64,000 nucleotides of DNA from Planctomycetota bacterium (lineage in GTDB: Bacteria; Planctomycetota; PLA2; JAEUHO01), in the NCBI GenBank assembly GCA_965223505.1, contig CBDCWP010000024.1:32001-96000 (forward strand). Direction: 5' to 3'. The position numbers and the translations under genes are program-made. The stretch's first letter is position 1; each line of letters starts with the position of its first letter. The notes below the pieces were generated by a model that was given only the letters and a program-made list of their open reading frames with translations, had not been told where the DNA came from and ran no database searches. This document shows positions 28,263 to 37,941 of this stretch, one piece after another.

Positions 28263-30458
28263 CTACTTCACGCCCTCCGGCATCCATGCCGGCAGCGCCT
28301 CGATCGAGGCGAGCGCCTGCTTCGAGACGGGCACGCCCCAGTGTTGGAAGAACGGACCGAGGTTGCGTCCGACCGTCCGCGAGAATCGCATCATCCACTG
28401 ATCGCGCTTCTGCGCATCGTTCTTGGGACGCTCGCGCTGCGGCAGAGCGCGATACTCGCTGAACACCTTCTTGTAGGCGTCCCAGCCGAAGGCTTCTTGC
28501 AGCTGCATGTACATGATCAGCGCGAGGAAAGGCGAGCGTTTCCAGCGCCCGAAGTCCCGGCCGCCCGCAATGTAGTCGCGCGTTGCCTTGGCGCGCGCTT
28601 CGGGCGTGACGGCCTTGTGGTAGCCACCGTCGGAGCACACGGTCTCCATCACGTACAGCGAGAACAGATTGACGGTGACCTCGCCCGTGCCGCCGAAGGT
28701 CCAGTCGCGACTCTGATGGTTGTGCCCCATCTCATGGAACATGCCCCAGTCGCCCTTCGTCGAGAGCGTCTTGCGATCGACGAACCGCGGCGCCGCGTCG
28801 AGGTGCGTCATGATGGGATAGCCGGCGTGCATGTAGCCGGCGGAGATCTGCTCGTCGGCGACGTATCGTTCCGGGCGTTCGCGCTCGCGCGGAATCGTGG
28901 CGAGGTCGGCACAGGCGTCGAGGACCTCGTCCCAGAACGCCATGAGCGGTCCGGGGTCGTCGAGCTCGCGCACGAACGTCGACGGAATCGTGATGACGAC
29001 CTTGTCGGTCTGCAGCTCGGCCCACGGACCGGGGCGCTCCCGAAGGTCGTTGCGCCAGGTCTTCAGCGACGTCGAACCGGCGACATACCAAGGAGACTCG
29101 ACCGCACCCTCGATCTGAACGGCGACAGGCAGGCCGCCCGACTTCTTCGGCACCTCCACGTAGACGAGCCCGCCGAACGCACTGGCCGCCTTCGTACGCA
29201 CGCGGTCGAGCGGCCAGGAGCGGGAGATGTCCGGTGCGCGTCGCCACGCCTTCTTCGTCCAGAGCCGGTCCGTGTGCGCACCGATGCGAAGCCGCAGTCC
29301 CACGCGCGTCGCCGCCTCGGGGATCGACACGATCACGACCTCGCCGGCCGGGGCGTACAAGCCGGTGCTCTGCCAGTTCGGAACGGCCGGGTTGACGGCC
29401 ACGACTGTCGTGACCCGTTCGGCGGACGCGGGTACCGCGCCGGGGAAGTGCGCGGCTGCAGGGTGCGCCGTGATCTCGTCGGGCTTGCGATAGGTGTCGT
29501 CGCGGATCCGGAGCGCCAGCGCGACCTTCGCCAGCCCGGTCGTGTCGGTCAGCGGCTTGTCGGCGCGGGGCACCGCGTAGGCCGCGTTCGCGATCGCCCG
29601 GATCTGCGGTAGGACGATCGGGTCGGTCGGCGGCAGATCGCCGGCGCAGCGCGAGAGCGTCGAGAGCGCAACGACGCGCTGCCGGGCCTCGAGCGGTTGC
29701 GTCGACATGAGCGCGTCGATCGAGAGGCCGGCGTGTAGGAGCAGCGAGGGCACGACCGCCGCCGGCAACCGCCCTTCCTTCGGCTTCTTGATGAGGCCGC
29801 GGCCGAAGACGATGCCGTACTTCGCGAGCAAGCGATTCGCCGGGTTGTCGAGCGAGAGGTCCTTGGCGGGGTTCAGCTGCTGCCAACCCCACCCGGGATG
29901 TCCGGTGACCAGGCCGCCCCCCTTCTGGAGAAACGCATCGACGAGCTCGAGCTCCGCGCTCGAGAACGACGTCGCGGGCGCGAACAGCGTGTCGATGCCG
30001 TCGAGCGCGCGCGTCCAGTCGGCGCCGTCCAGCGGCCGGACGACGAAGCCCGCGTCTTTCAGGTACGCGCGGACACCGGGCTGCTGGCGAATCCCGACGG
30101 TCGGCTCGCTCTTGGCCGCCGTCCAGCGGGCCGCGTTCTCGACCAGCGTGCCCGTGCCTGCGGTCTTCAACATGCCCGCGCCGAAGTAGCCGTTGTGCGC
30201 GAACGCCACGACACGGCCCTTTCCGGTGAAGCCCGCCGCGACGACGGGCGCCGGACGGCCCGCCGACTCCGCCTCGACCACCGGAAACGAGCGATCCCCG
30301 AACACGCTCAGCAGTCCCGGAATGCCCGGGATGCCGATCTCGCCCACGCCGGCCAGCAGTTCCCGCGCATCCGGCTCGTACCAGGGCGGAGGCGGCTCTT
30401 CGGCCCGCACGGTCCCGGCCAGCAGGAACGCAAGTGCGGCGGCGACGAGGGTGCGCAT
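28263..30458 (-). CDS. M60-like (TCAF/FAM115-type) metallopeptidase
   Basis: STGLYAPAGE, FGGLVY, PWAEL, YMHAGYPI, WGMFHEMGHN (HExxH), EVTVNLF. Confidence 0.9.
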   Translation of the reverse strand: MRTLVAAALAFLLAGTVRAEEPPPPWYEPDARELLAGVGEIGIPGIPGLLSVFGDRSFPVVEAESAGRPAPVVAAGFTGKGRVVAFAHNGYFGAGMLKTAGTGTLVENAARWTAAKSEPTVGIRQQPGVRAYLKDAGFVVRPLDGADWTRALDGIDTLFAPATSFSSAELELVDAFLQKGGGLVTGHPGWGWQQLNPAKDLSLDNPANRLLAKYGIVFGRGLIKKPKEGRLPAAVVPSLLLHAGLSIDALMSTQPLEARQRVVALSTLSRCAGDLPPTDPIVLPQIRAIANAAYAVPRADKPLTDTTGLAKVALALRIRDDTYRKPDEITAHPAAAHFPGAVPASAERVTTVVAVNPAVPNWQSTGLYAPAGEVVIVSIPEAATRVGLRLRIGAHTDRLWTKKAWRRAPDISRSWPLDRVRTKAASAFGGLVYVEVPKKSGGLPVAVQIEGAVESPWYVAGSTSLKTWRNDLRERPGPWAELQTDKVVITIPSTFVRELDDPGPLMAFWDEVLDACADLATIPRERERPERYVADEQISAGYMHAGYPIMTHLDAAPRFVDRKTLSTKGDWGMFHEMGHNHQSRDWTFGGTGEVTVNLFSLYVMETVCSDGGYHKAVTPEARAKATRDYIAGGRDFGRWKRSPFLALIMYMQLQEAFGWDAYKKVFSEYRALPQRERPKNDAQKRDQWMMRFSRTVGRNLGPFFQHWGVPVSKQALASIEALPAWMPEGVK

Positions 30459-30472
30459 GGACGTCTCCGGGC

Positions 30473-31720
30473 TCAGGGCTTGGGGGCGAGCTCCTTCTGA
30501 ATGGCGTCTTCGAGCTCGTCAGGTAGGAACTGGAACGGCCCGGGACCGCCGCGGTACGCGATCTTGCCGTCCTTGCTCACCAGGTAGAGGCGGTCGGGCA
30601 TGGCCCGGTAGGCCTTGCCGACGGCATTGTCGATGTCGTCGACGAGGATCGGCATGCCGTGAAGCTGCATGCCGTCGCAGCACTGCTTGGCGACCACCCG
30701 ACGCTCCTCGAGCGTCTTCGGCTCTTCGACGATCGGCTGGTCCTTGTCGGGCATGGGTGCGCGGCCGTCGATGGCGTGGGCCTCGTGGATGTAGACGACG
30801 AAGAACTGCACCCGGTCGCCGTACGTGTGGAAGAGGGACATCAGCCGACCGGCCGCGAAGCGGAAGGGCTGTCAGGTGTAGCTGCCGAAGATGAGCGCGA
30901 CGGGCTTCTCGTCCTTGAAGGAGGAGAGCGTGACGGGATCGCCGCCGTCGGGCGGACGCAGCGTGAAGTCCGGCGCGTCCGTCCCGGGCGCGGGTCCCGT
31001 GACGCGCGGCGGGCCGCTCATGCGCGGTCCCTCCTGTTTCCACACCCCGTCGCCGTCGGGATCGGCGGACGAGAAGAACGCGGCGAGCTCGTCGGCCGAG
31101 ATGCCGTTGCTCCTATCGGCGTCCGCGAGCATCGCAAGCGACTTGAAGCTGCGTACGCCGTCCGGCATGCGCGGGATGCCGGGCGTGATGAGGTCCTTCT
31201 TCTCCCGGCGAACCGTCTCGAGCTCGGCCTCCGTGAGCTGCCCGTCGTCGTCGCGGTCGATCCTCCCGAAGTGCGCGTCGAGCTCTTCGAGCGTGAGCGA
31301 GAGATCTGCGTCCGACTGGAAGTACCGTAGCAGCGTGACCGTCGCGATCATGCGATCCATGCGGGTCGCCTGCTGGAAGTCCTCAGTGGTGAGCTTCCCG
31401 TCGTCGTTCACGTCCAACCGTCCGAACGCGTCCTTGCCGCGCCCGTACTCCTCCTCCGTCACGTCGCCGCTCTCGTCGAGGTCGTACTTGAGGCGGTAGA
31501 AGTCCCACGCCGAGTCCAGGTGGGTCGCGACGATCGTCGTCCGATCCAGCGTCGGCGCCGCGACCTCGGGCTTGGCGCACGGCGGCCTGGAACGGCCTCG
31601 CTGCGGACAGCACGGCTTCGCCCGTACGCAGCAGCGCACGCTGACGGCGCGTCCGTGAGCGCAGCCGGCCAGCAGCGCCGCGGCCAGTGCGGTGAAGACG
31701 ATCGCGATTCGCGCCTGCAT
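30473..31720 (-). CDS. Probable selenoprotein: lipoprotein with EF-hands + deiodinase-like thioredoxin-fold domain (UGA at 30872-30874 read as Sec)
   Basis: ORFs 30872..31720 and 30473..30841 are in frame: LIFGSYT-UGA-QPFRF...VYIHEAH...Y.AMPDRLY, matching deiodinase FGSxTUPPF / YIxEAH; EF-hand loops; SECIS-like hairpin. Confidence 0.85.
30843..30871 (-). promoter_or_regulatory. Putative bacterial SECIS element
   Basis: After the UGA: CAGCCCUUCCGCUUCGC-GGCC-GGUC-GGCU-G; GGUC apical loop at +22..+25. Confidence 0.55.
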
Positions 31721-31838
31721 GGGGCCTCCCTCCGGTGGCGCGGGATTGTAGCGCTGCGGCGTGCGCCCGCGCCGGGGCGAACGACTTGACTCCGATTCCG
31801 GGTTCGGGGACGGTGCGTCGCGAGGAGAATCGGCGCCC

Positions 31839-34007
31839 GTGGGACAGACGACTCAGGCCTGGGACGCGCTGGCCGGACACCTGTACGGGTTCGTCGAGGC
31901 GTGGGCGAAGAAGACGGCGCCGCCCGACCTGCGCGAGTACCTCCCGCCGGAGGGGAATCCGACCCGGGCGCCGGCGCTGATCGAGCTCATCAAGGTCGAC
32001 CTTCAGAACCGGTGGTCGAAGGGCATCGGCAAGCACGTGGAAGAGTACGTCCTGGAGTTCCCCGAGCTCGCGGCCGAAGGCGCGTTTCCGTGCGACCTGG
32101 TCTACAAGGAGTACCTGGTGCGCCGCCAGCGGGAGGAAGGCCTCCTGCCGAAGGACTTCTACGGGCGCTTCCCGAGGCACGAGGCCGAGCTGCGCCGCGT
32201 CTTCGGCTCGTCGTTGCCGAAGGCGACCGGCGCCGACGGCATGCACGCCCAGGAGTTCCCGAAGCCGGGCGAGCGCATCGACGACTTCCTGCTACTGGAT
32301 CGCCTGGGCCGCGGCGCGTTCGCGACCGTCTACCTCGCGCACCAGACCTCGATGCAGCGAACGGTCGCGCTCAAGGTCTCCGCCATTCGTGGTGAAGAGG
32401 CGCAGATGCTCGCGCAGCTCGATCACCCGCACATCGTGCGGGTCTTCGATCAACGCGACCTGCCGGATCGCGAGCAACGGTTGCTGTACATGGAGTACGT
32501 CGCGGCGGGCAGCTTCGAGCCGATCGTGGAACAGGTCGCGAAGACGCCGGCTGAACATCGAAGCGGCAAGATGCTGCTGGAGATCATCGACGCCGCGTTG
32601 GGATCGCGCGGCGAAGAGCCGCCCGCGGATTCGCTGCTGCGCGCCGACCTGGCGGAGCGGTCTTGGCCGGAGACCGTGTGCATCCTGGGCGCGCAGATGG
32701 CGAGGGGACTGGCGTACGCGCACACGCGCGGTGTTCTGCATCGCGACGTGAAGCCGGCGAATGTCCTGCTGGCGGGGGACGGACGGGCGAAGCTGGCGGA
32801 CTTCAACATCAGTCACAGCTCGAAGCTCGACGGCGCATCGCCCGCGGCGTATCTCGGCGGCAGCATGGCGTTCATGTCGGCCGAGCAGCTCGAGGCCGTG
32901 AGCCCGCTGCACGAGCGCGAGGCGGAGACCCTCGACGGCCGCACCGACATCTATGCGCTCGGCGTCATGCTGTGGGAGCTGTTGACGGGCAAGAATCCGA
33001 TCCGGGACGAACCGATCGGCAAGGACTGGGGCGCGGCGATCAAGACGATGATCGACAAGCGCCTGGGCGGCATTCCCCCCGAGCGCAGCGAGGACCTGCC
33101 GCCGAAGTGCCCGTCGCTCCTCGAGCCGACCCTGCGGCGGTGCCTGGCGCCGAAGCCGGAGGACCGGTTCGAGAACGGCGACCAGGTGGCGCATCAACTG
33201 GAGCTGTGCCTCAATCCGGAGGCGCAGCGACTCATGTCGCCGACGCCGCCCGCGTGGGTGCGCTGGGTGCGGGCGGCGCCGCTGCTCAGCTTGATCCTCG
33301 TGACGCTGGTTCCGAACGCCGTGCTGAGCGTGATCAACATCGCCTACAACGCGACGGTGGTCGTCGAGACGTCGGTGTGGGACGAGTTCGAAGCGCAGGT
33401 CGCCGTGGTGAACATCTCGGCGTTCACGATCGGACTCGTGATGATGATCTTGTGGGCGTTGCCGATCTCGCGCGCCGTACGGGCGATGGCGGCGCCCGGG
33501 CTGGATCCCGAGGAACGTGCCGAGGCGCGTGGCCGATCGCTGCGGCTGGGCAGGCGAATGGCGGCGGTCGTGATGGGACTGTGGATGCTCGGTGGGTTCT
33601 CGTTCCCCGTGTGGCGGCACGTGTCTTCCGGCGGCGTCGAGGGCTCGTACTACTTCCACTTCGTGTTCTCGAACCTGCTGTTCGGGATTCTGGCGGCGAC
33701 GGCAACGTACTTCTTCGTGAACGGCTTGATCGTGCGGGCGTTGTTGCCGCACCTGATCGCAGTCGGTGACCGGGACACCGAAACCGCGAGGTCGCTGCGG
33801 GGTCTGCCGCGCAGAGTGCTCTACTACTTCGGCGCATGCACAGCGGTGCCGTTCCTGTCGGTCATCGTGTTGGCGCTCGTCGAGCTGCCGTCGCGAACGC
33901 CGTTCTTCGTGATCGGGATCATCGGCGTGGTGGCGTTCGCCGTTTCGGCGTGGCTTTCGCTGGCGCTCCAGCGTTACGCGCGGGGCCTCGCGGCCGCGCT
34001 CGACTGA
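31839..34007 (+). CDS. Ser/Thr protein kinase with C-terminal multi-TM domain (planctomycete type)
   Basis: GRGAFATVY, VALK, HRDVKPAN, DFN variant, DIYALG; about 6 TM helices at the C-terminus. Confidence 0.9.
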   Translation: MGQTTQAWDALAGHLYGFVEAWAKKTAPPDLREYLPPEGNPTRAPALIELIKVDLQNRWSKGIGKHVEEYVLEFPELAAEGAFPCDLVYKEYLVRRQREEGLLPKDFYGRFPRHEAELRRVFGSSLPKATGADGMHAQEFPKPGERIDDFLLLDRLGRGAFATVYLAHQTSMQRTVALKVSAIRGEEAQMLAQLDHPHIVRVFDQRDLPDREQRLLYMEYVAAGSFEPIVEQVAKTPAEHRSGKMLLEIIDAALGSRGEEPPADSLLRADLAERSWPETVCILGAQMARGLAYAHTRGVLHRDVKPANVLLAGDGRAKLADFNISHSSKLDGASPAAYLGGSMAFMSAEQLEAVSPLHEREAETLDGRTDIYALGVMLWELLTGKNPIRDEPIGKDWGAAIKTMIDKRLGGIPPERSEDLPPKCPSLLEPTLRRCLAPKPEDRFENGDQVAHQLELCLNPEAQRLMSPTPPAWVRWVRAAPLLSLILVTLVPNAVLSVINIAYNATVVVETSVWDEFEAQVAVVNISAFTIGLVMMILWALPISRAVRAMAAPGLDPEERAEARGRSLRLGRRMAAVVMGLWMLGGFSFPVWRHVSSGGVEGSYYFHFVFSNLLFGILAATATYFFVNGLIVRALLPHLIAVGDRDTETARSLRGLPRRVLYYFGACTAVPFLSVIVLALVELPSRTPFFVIGIIGVVAFAVSAWLSLALQRYARGLAAALD

Positions 34008-34239
34008 GCGACGGCGACGGGCGGCCGCCTTCGATCCCTGCGACGCGCACCGGGCCCGCCGCATCGAGGCCGATCCGCCCCCACCAGCCCCGTCGAGGCC
34101 GTCTCGCCCCTCCCCGCCCGCCGAGCCCGATTCGCGCCTGCCAGCCCGCCCATCGAGCTCGATTCGCCCCCACCAGCCCAACGGGGGAATCGCTCGAGCG
34201 GACCCGGCGGTTACGCCAAGAAACGCTTTCTCGTCGGAA

Positions 34240-34602
34240 TCAGATCCGGTCGAGCTCTTCGAGCGTGAAGTCATTGCGTACGTCGCCGGTGTTCAAGGTC
34301 GTGGCAGGCTCGAACAAGAGCACGTGCGCGATCCCGTCCGCGACGGGCTTGTGCTCGACGCCGCGGGGCACGATGTAGAACTCGCCCGGGTTCAGCACGA
34401 CATCCTTGTCACGTAGGCGAATCGTCACCCGGCCCTTCGTGACGAGGAACATCTCGTCTTCGTTCTCGTGCGCGTGCCACGTGAACTCGTTCTCGAATTT
34501 CACCAGCTTCACGTATTGCCCGTTGAGCTCGCCGACGATCTTCGGCGAGTACGTCTCTTCGAAAGAACCGAACTTCTCTTCCAGATTGACCTTGTCGTTC
34601 AT
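34240..34602 (-). CDS. Cupin domain protein
   Basis: FTWHAHENEDEMFLV, GEFYIVPRGVEHKP, LLFEP..TLNTG. Confidence 0.9.
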   Translation of the reverse strand: MNDKVNLEEKFGSFEETYSPKIVGELNGQYVKLVKFENEFTWHAHENEDEMFLVTKGRVTIRLRDKDVVLNPGEFYIVPRGVEHKPVADGIAHVLLFEPATTLNTGDVRNDFTLEELDRI

Positions 34603-35414
34603 CGTGACGTCTCCTGCTCCCCCTCTTCGTCCTTGAAGAGCTTGCCGATCGTTCGCTGGCTCTCCTGGACGATCTCGAACCACGTCGTCGCCCGTGCCAG
34701 ATTCTGCCCCGTGAGCTTGTTCAGCGCATCCGGGAGCACCTCGGAAAGCACCGCCCAGCGCTCCACGGGACTTCCCTTCTTCAGCACCTTCGGTTTCGCG
34801 CGGAGCGGATCCAAGCCCGCATTGCCCGACGGCTTGCCCTTCTGCACCGACTTCACGAGCCGCACCAGGATCAGCTCGCGTTTCTTCTTGCACGACTTGT
34901 AGTTGCCCAGCGCACGGATCGCATCGGCCGCGACCTCGTAGTCCTTCGACTTCTCGACCAGCTTGAGCAACGGCTCGACCAGCCCTTCGTCAGGCAGCCG
35001 TCCGGCGGCGAAGATCGCGGTCAAGAGCAACCGGCCTGCCTTCTTCACGTCCCGCTGCTTCAGGAAAGGCTTGACGTACGGCGCGGCACGCAGGTCCGTC
35101 GTCTCCCCAAGCACGGTCAACGCCAGGTCGAGCACGTCCTCGCCCTTGCCTTTCTTCGAGAACTTCGTGATCGAGCCGATGGCGGCCACCAGTCGCGCCT
35201 GCACATCGTCTTCCTCGCCCGCGCGCCGATACAGCAACAACAGAGCATCCATGTCGGCGACGAGTGCGTCGGCGTCCTTGGCCTTCACGTGCGCCGCTAC
35301 GGTCTTCTCGAGCGCGGACGCCTCGGCTTCGAGCGGTGTCTGCGACGCGTCCTCGGCACGCGCGACGCACGGCGCGAGCACGATCAGGAGCGAGAGACAA
35401 ACGATGGAACGCAT
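34599..35414 (-). CDS. Secreted HEAT-repeat protein
   Basis: Signal peptide; helical repeats (AADAIRALG). Confidence 0.7.
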   Translation of the reverse strand: MRSIVCLSLLIVLAPCVARAEDASQTPLEAEASALEKTVAAHVKAKDADALVADMDALLLLYRRAGEEDDVQARLVAAIGSITKFSKKGKGEDVLDLALTVLGETTDLRAAPYVKPFLKQRDVKKAGRLLLTAIFAAGRLPDEGLVEPLLKLVEKSKDYEVAADAIRALGNYKSCKKKRELILVRLVKSVQKGKPSGNAGLDPLRAKPKVLKKGSPVERWAVLSEVLPDALNKLTGQNLARATTWFEIVQESQRTIGKLFKDEEGEQETSR

Positions 35415-35420
35415 CCCGTG

Positions 35421-36221
35421 CTACCTCAGAAACTCCTCGGTGGTGAACTTGATGACGTTTCCTCTCACGACCCACACCACCGTCTCACCGCCGTGCTCAC
35501 AGAGGAGGTTCAGGATGGTCCGGAGAGAAACGTCCTCGACATGAAGCCGCGAGACGATCTTCGGCCCAATGTCGTGCGCAATCCGGTTGTCGATCATCAC
35601 GTTGAGACCGGTCTGCACCTGAAGCGAGCTCACGACATCAGTGAACTTCTGATCCTGAATCGCCAGACTGACCTTCGTCTCTGCGAGACGCAGCAAAAGC
35701 GCTCTGGACTCCACCTCTCGGGGGCGAACCACGAGCTCGTCTCTGGTCGTGATGAAGACGACCTCTCCCTGCATCGACCAGTACAGCTCGTACGGGCGCG
35801 TGATCAGATTCAAGAAGGTCCGCGCCGTCACGTCACGAAGGTTCACGTCGATCAAGATGTCCTCGAACTTCTCCTCGCGAGCCTTCTTGGAGAGATGGAC
35901 CCTGAATCCCGTGATCGTCTGAAGAAACGCGATCGCCTGGTCGAGATCGGCCGACGCCAACTGCACGCTCGACACGCGTTTCGAGTCGAGTCTGCAATAC
36001 GCAATGTGCCGGTTCCGCACGGCGCGGAAGAGGATCTTCAGCTCCGTCGCTTCCATCTCGGACGCGCGCTCGATCAGGGCTTCCGACTCGGCCCCGTCGC
36101 CGCCGAGAATGCGATCCGCCAACAGCTCGATCGGCACCTTGTCGAAGTCCTCGTGCTCGTCCGCCACGACGACGCCCGAGCAGAGGGAGAGAACGACAAG
36201 CGAAACGGCGAAACGACGCAT
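35421..36221 (-). CDS. Secreted protein with two secretin-N/STN-like domains
   Basis: Two repeats of L..AI.FLQ..TG..V....LRDV..RT.LNL..WV..G.VI..TT. Confidence 0.6.
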   Translation of the reverse strand: MRRFAVSLVVLSLCSGVVVADEHEDFDKVPIELLADRILGGDGAESEALIERASEMEATELKILFRAVRNRHIAYCRLDSKRVSSVQLASADLDQAIAFLQTITGFRVHLSKKAREEKFEDILIDVNLRDVTARTFLNLITRPYELYWSMQGEVVFITTRDELVVRPREVESRALLLRLAETKVSLAIQDQKFTDVVSSLQVQTGLNVMIDNRIAHDIGPKIVSRLHVEDVSLRTILNLLCEHGGETVVWVVRGNVIKFTTEEFLR

Positions 36222-36331
36222 GGGCACCTCCGCGTTTCAGTGTAGCGCCGCCCGGCTCTTGCGTTTTGCACGCTTGTGACACACCACGGCCGACCGAGGC
36301 CGTAGCTTGGTCGTGTTCGAAGGGAGGCCCC

Positions 36332-37243
36332 ATGCACCGTGCTGTCGCCCTGGCGTTCGCCGCCGCTTTCACCCTGCCCGTGACTGTACTTGCCGAAGAC
36401 GAGTCCGGGCCGAAGGAGCCGCCCTCCATCGACTACGGGAGCTCACGCAGCTCCTCGGCCTGGATCGACATGCCCAACGGTGTCCGGGTCGCCGTCGACG
36501 AAGGCGTCGAGTGGCAAGGGGTCAAGGTCTACATCTCACTCACGCACCACCTGGTTGCGGTCGATGCGAAGTCCGGCAAGACCCTCTGGGGCCGCAACGC
36601 GAGCGCGTTCTGGAACCGGATCGGCTTCAAGGAACTGGACCGGAACGGCGAGAAGACCTGGGCTCTCGAATTGCGGCCGGGCAAGAACGCGCGCCTTGGA
36701 AAGGACCTCGTCCAGTATCACGACCTCCGCACGGGCAAGCTGTTGGACGTACCCGGCTCGGTCAAGAAGCCCAGTGGAGCACCGTTCGAACCGCGCACCT
36801 ACAGCGGCGGGCAGTCTGAGATCGGGCGCAAGTTCCGCGTCTTCGCGACGTCGCAGGCGAGCTTCGACGCGCTGACGGAGCGCATGTTCGCGAAGACGCC
36901 GAAGTTCGATCCGATCGACTTCACGAAGCACGTCGCGCTGGTCGTCTCCGCCGGCGACAGCGTGAACTGCTCGGGCTTCGGATGCGCCGAAGCGTACGAA
37001 GACGACCGGCGCGTGCTGGTCCGCATGAGCGCGCGGACGTTCCAGACGGACGGCCGCGGCATGAGGACGCGTCCGTGGGGCATCTTCGTGCTGCCGCGGG
37101 CGACGAAGACGTACGTCCTCGAGCGCAACGTGCAGGGCTACATCGGCGGGCCTGCGATCTGGCAGGAGACGTTCCGGGCCGACCAGCTGCCGGATCCGGC
37201 CAAGGAACTCGACGCGCTACCGCCGCGCAGCGAACGCCGGTAG
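36332..37243 (+). CDS. Secreted hypothetical protein (C-terminus PrcB-C-like)
   Basis: GGGAGG SD, signal peptide; IDF.KHVALVVSAG...TRPWGIFVLPR. Confidence 0.65.
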   Translation: MHRAVALAFAAAFTLPVTVLAEDESGPKEPPSIDYGSSRSSSAWIDMPNGVRVAVDEGVEWQGVKVYISLTHHLVAVDAKSGKTLWGRNASAFWNRIGFKELDRNGEKTWALELRPGKNARLGKDLVQYHDLRTGKLLDVPGSVKKPSGAPFEPRTYSGGQSEIGRKFRVFATSQASFDALTERMFAKTPKFDPIDFTKHVALVVSAGDSVNCSGFGCAEAYEDDRRVLVRMSARTFQTDGRGMRTRPWGIFVLPRATKTYVLERNVQGYIGGPAIWQETFRADQLPDPAKELDALPPRSERR

Positions 37244-37296
37244 CGCCTCTGCGTCGGGAGCTGCCGCCGCCGACGGCAGCCCCTCGAGCGACGTGC

Positions 37297-37891
37297 CTAC
37301 TTGTCGGCGTCCTTCTTGCGCGTGTACGTGTACTTGAGGACCGCCTTGCCGGCTTCGCCGATGCCCAGGTCCCAGATCTCCAGCACGAATTTGTCCGCGT
37401 TTTCGACCTTCGTCACGGTCTTGATCGGCTTGTTGAACTCGTTGGTCATGTACTCGTTGAGGGTGCCGTATTCCGTCTTGACCTTCCCCTCGGGATCGAC
37501 GACGACGCCCTTGGTCGAGATCATCATCGTGTCCATTGTTCGAGACCCACGTGGTGCAGTAGTTCTTCGTGTGGTTGTCGAAGCCGTGGATGCCGAGTCC
37601 CTGGTACGGCCGGCCCATCATCGTTCCGCTCATGCGCTGGAGGATCCAGTAGTCCTTGATCCCCCACTCGAAGCTCGCTGTGCCCTGCGTCGCGGGCATC
37701 TCGTAGCCGGGCATGACCATCTCCATCTTGACGTCCCACGTGCCGATCAAGGCACTCAGCTCCTTGTGCTGCTTGCCGGGCCGCGTGAGCTTCTGCCACG
37801 CCGGCTCCTCCTCTTCGGTCGAAGCCGTGCCGACGAACAACGCCAGCGCTGCGATCAGTCCGAGTCCGATCGAGAACGAATGAAAACGCAT
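37297..37891 (-). pseudogene. DUF1579-family secreted protein with a 1-nt frameshift near 37537 (pseudogene or sequencing error)
   Basis: N-part PGKQHKEL..LIGTW...GRPYQGLG..GFDN..K.Y..TWVSN continues in another frame as MDTMM...YTRK; the sequence AAC-A-ATG shows one extra A. Confidence 0.75.
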
Positions 37892-37941
37892 GAAACTCCT
37901 CCTTGTGGAACTGTTGAACGACGAGCCGTGGACCTAGGCCG

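Noticed and set aside
32790..32815. DFN instead of DFG in the kinase as a sign of a pseudokinase
   Set aside because: Catalytic Lys, HRD and the Mg-binding Asp are intact, so it is probably active.
34008..34239. Short imperfect repeats (GCCCCCACCAGCCC twice, GATTCGC twice) in a convergent intergenic region
   Set aside because: Only two short copies with no regular repeat-spacer period; not a CRISPR array or a recognisable MITE.
37520..37545. Programmed frameshifting in the DUF1579 gene
   Set aside because: No slippery heptamer or stimulatory element is visible; an error or pseudogene is simpler.
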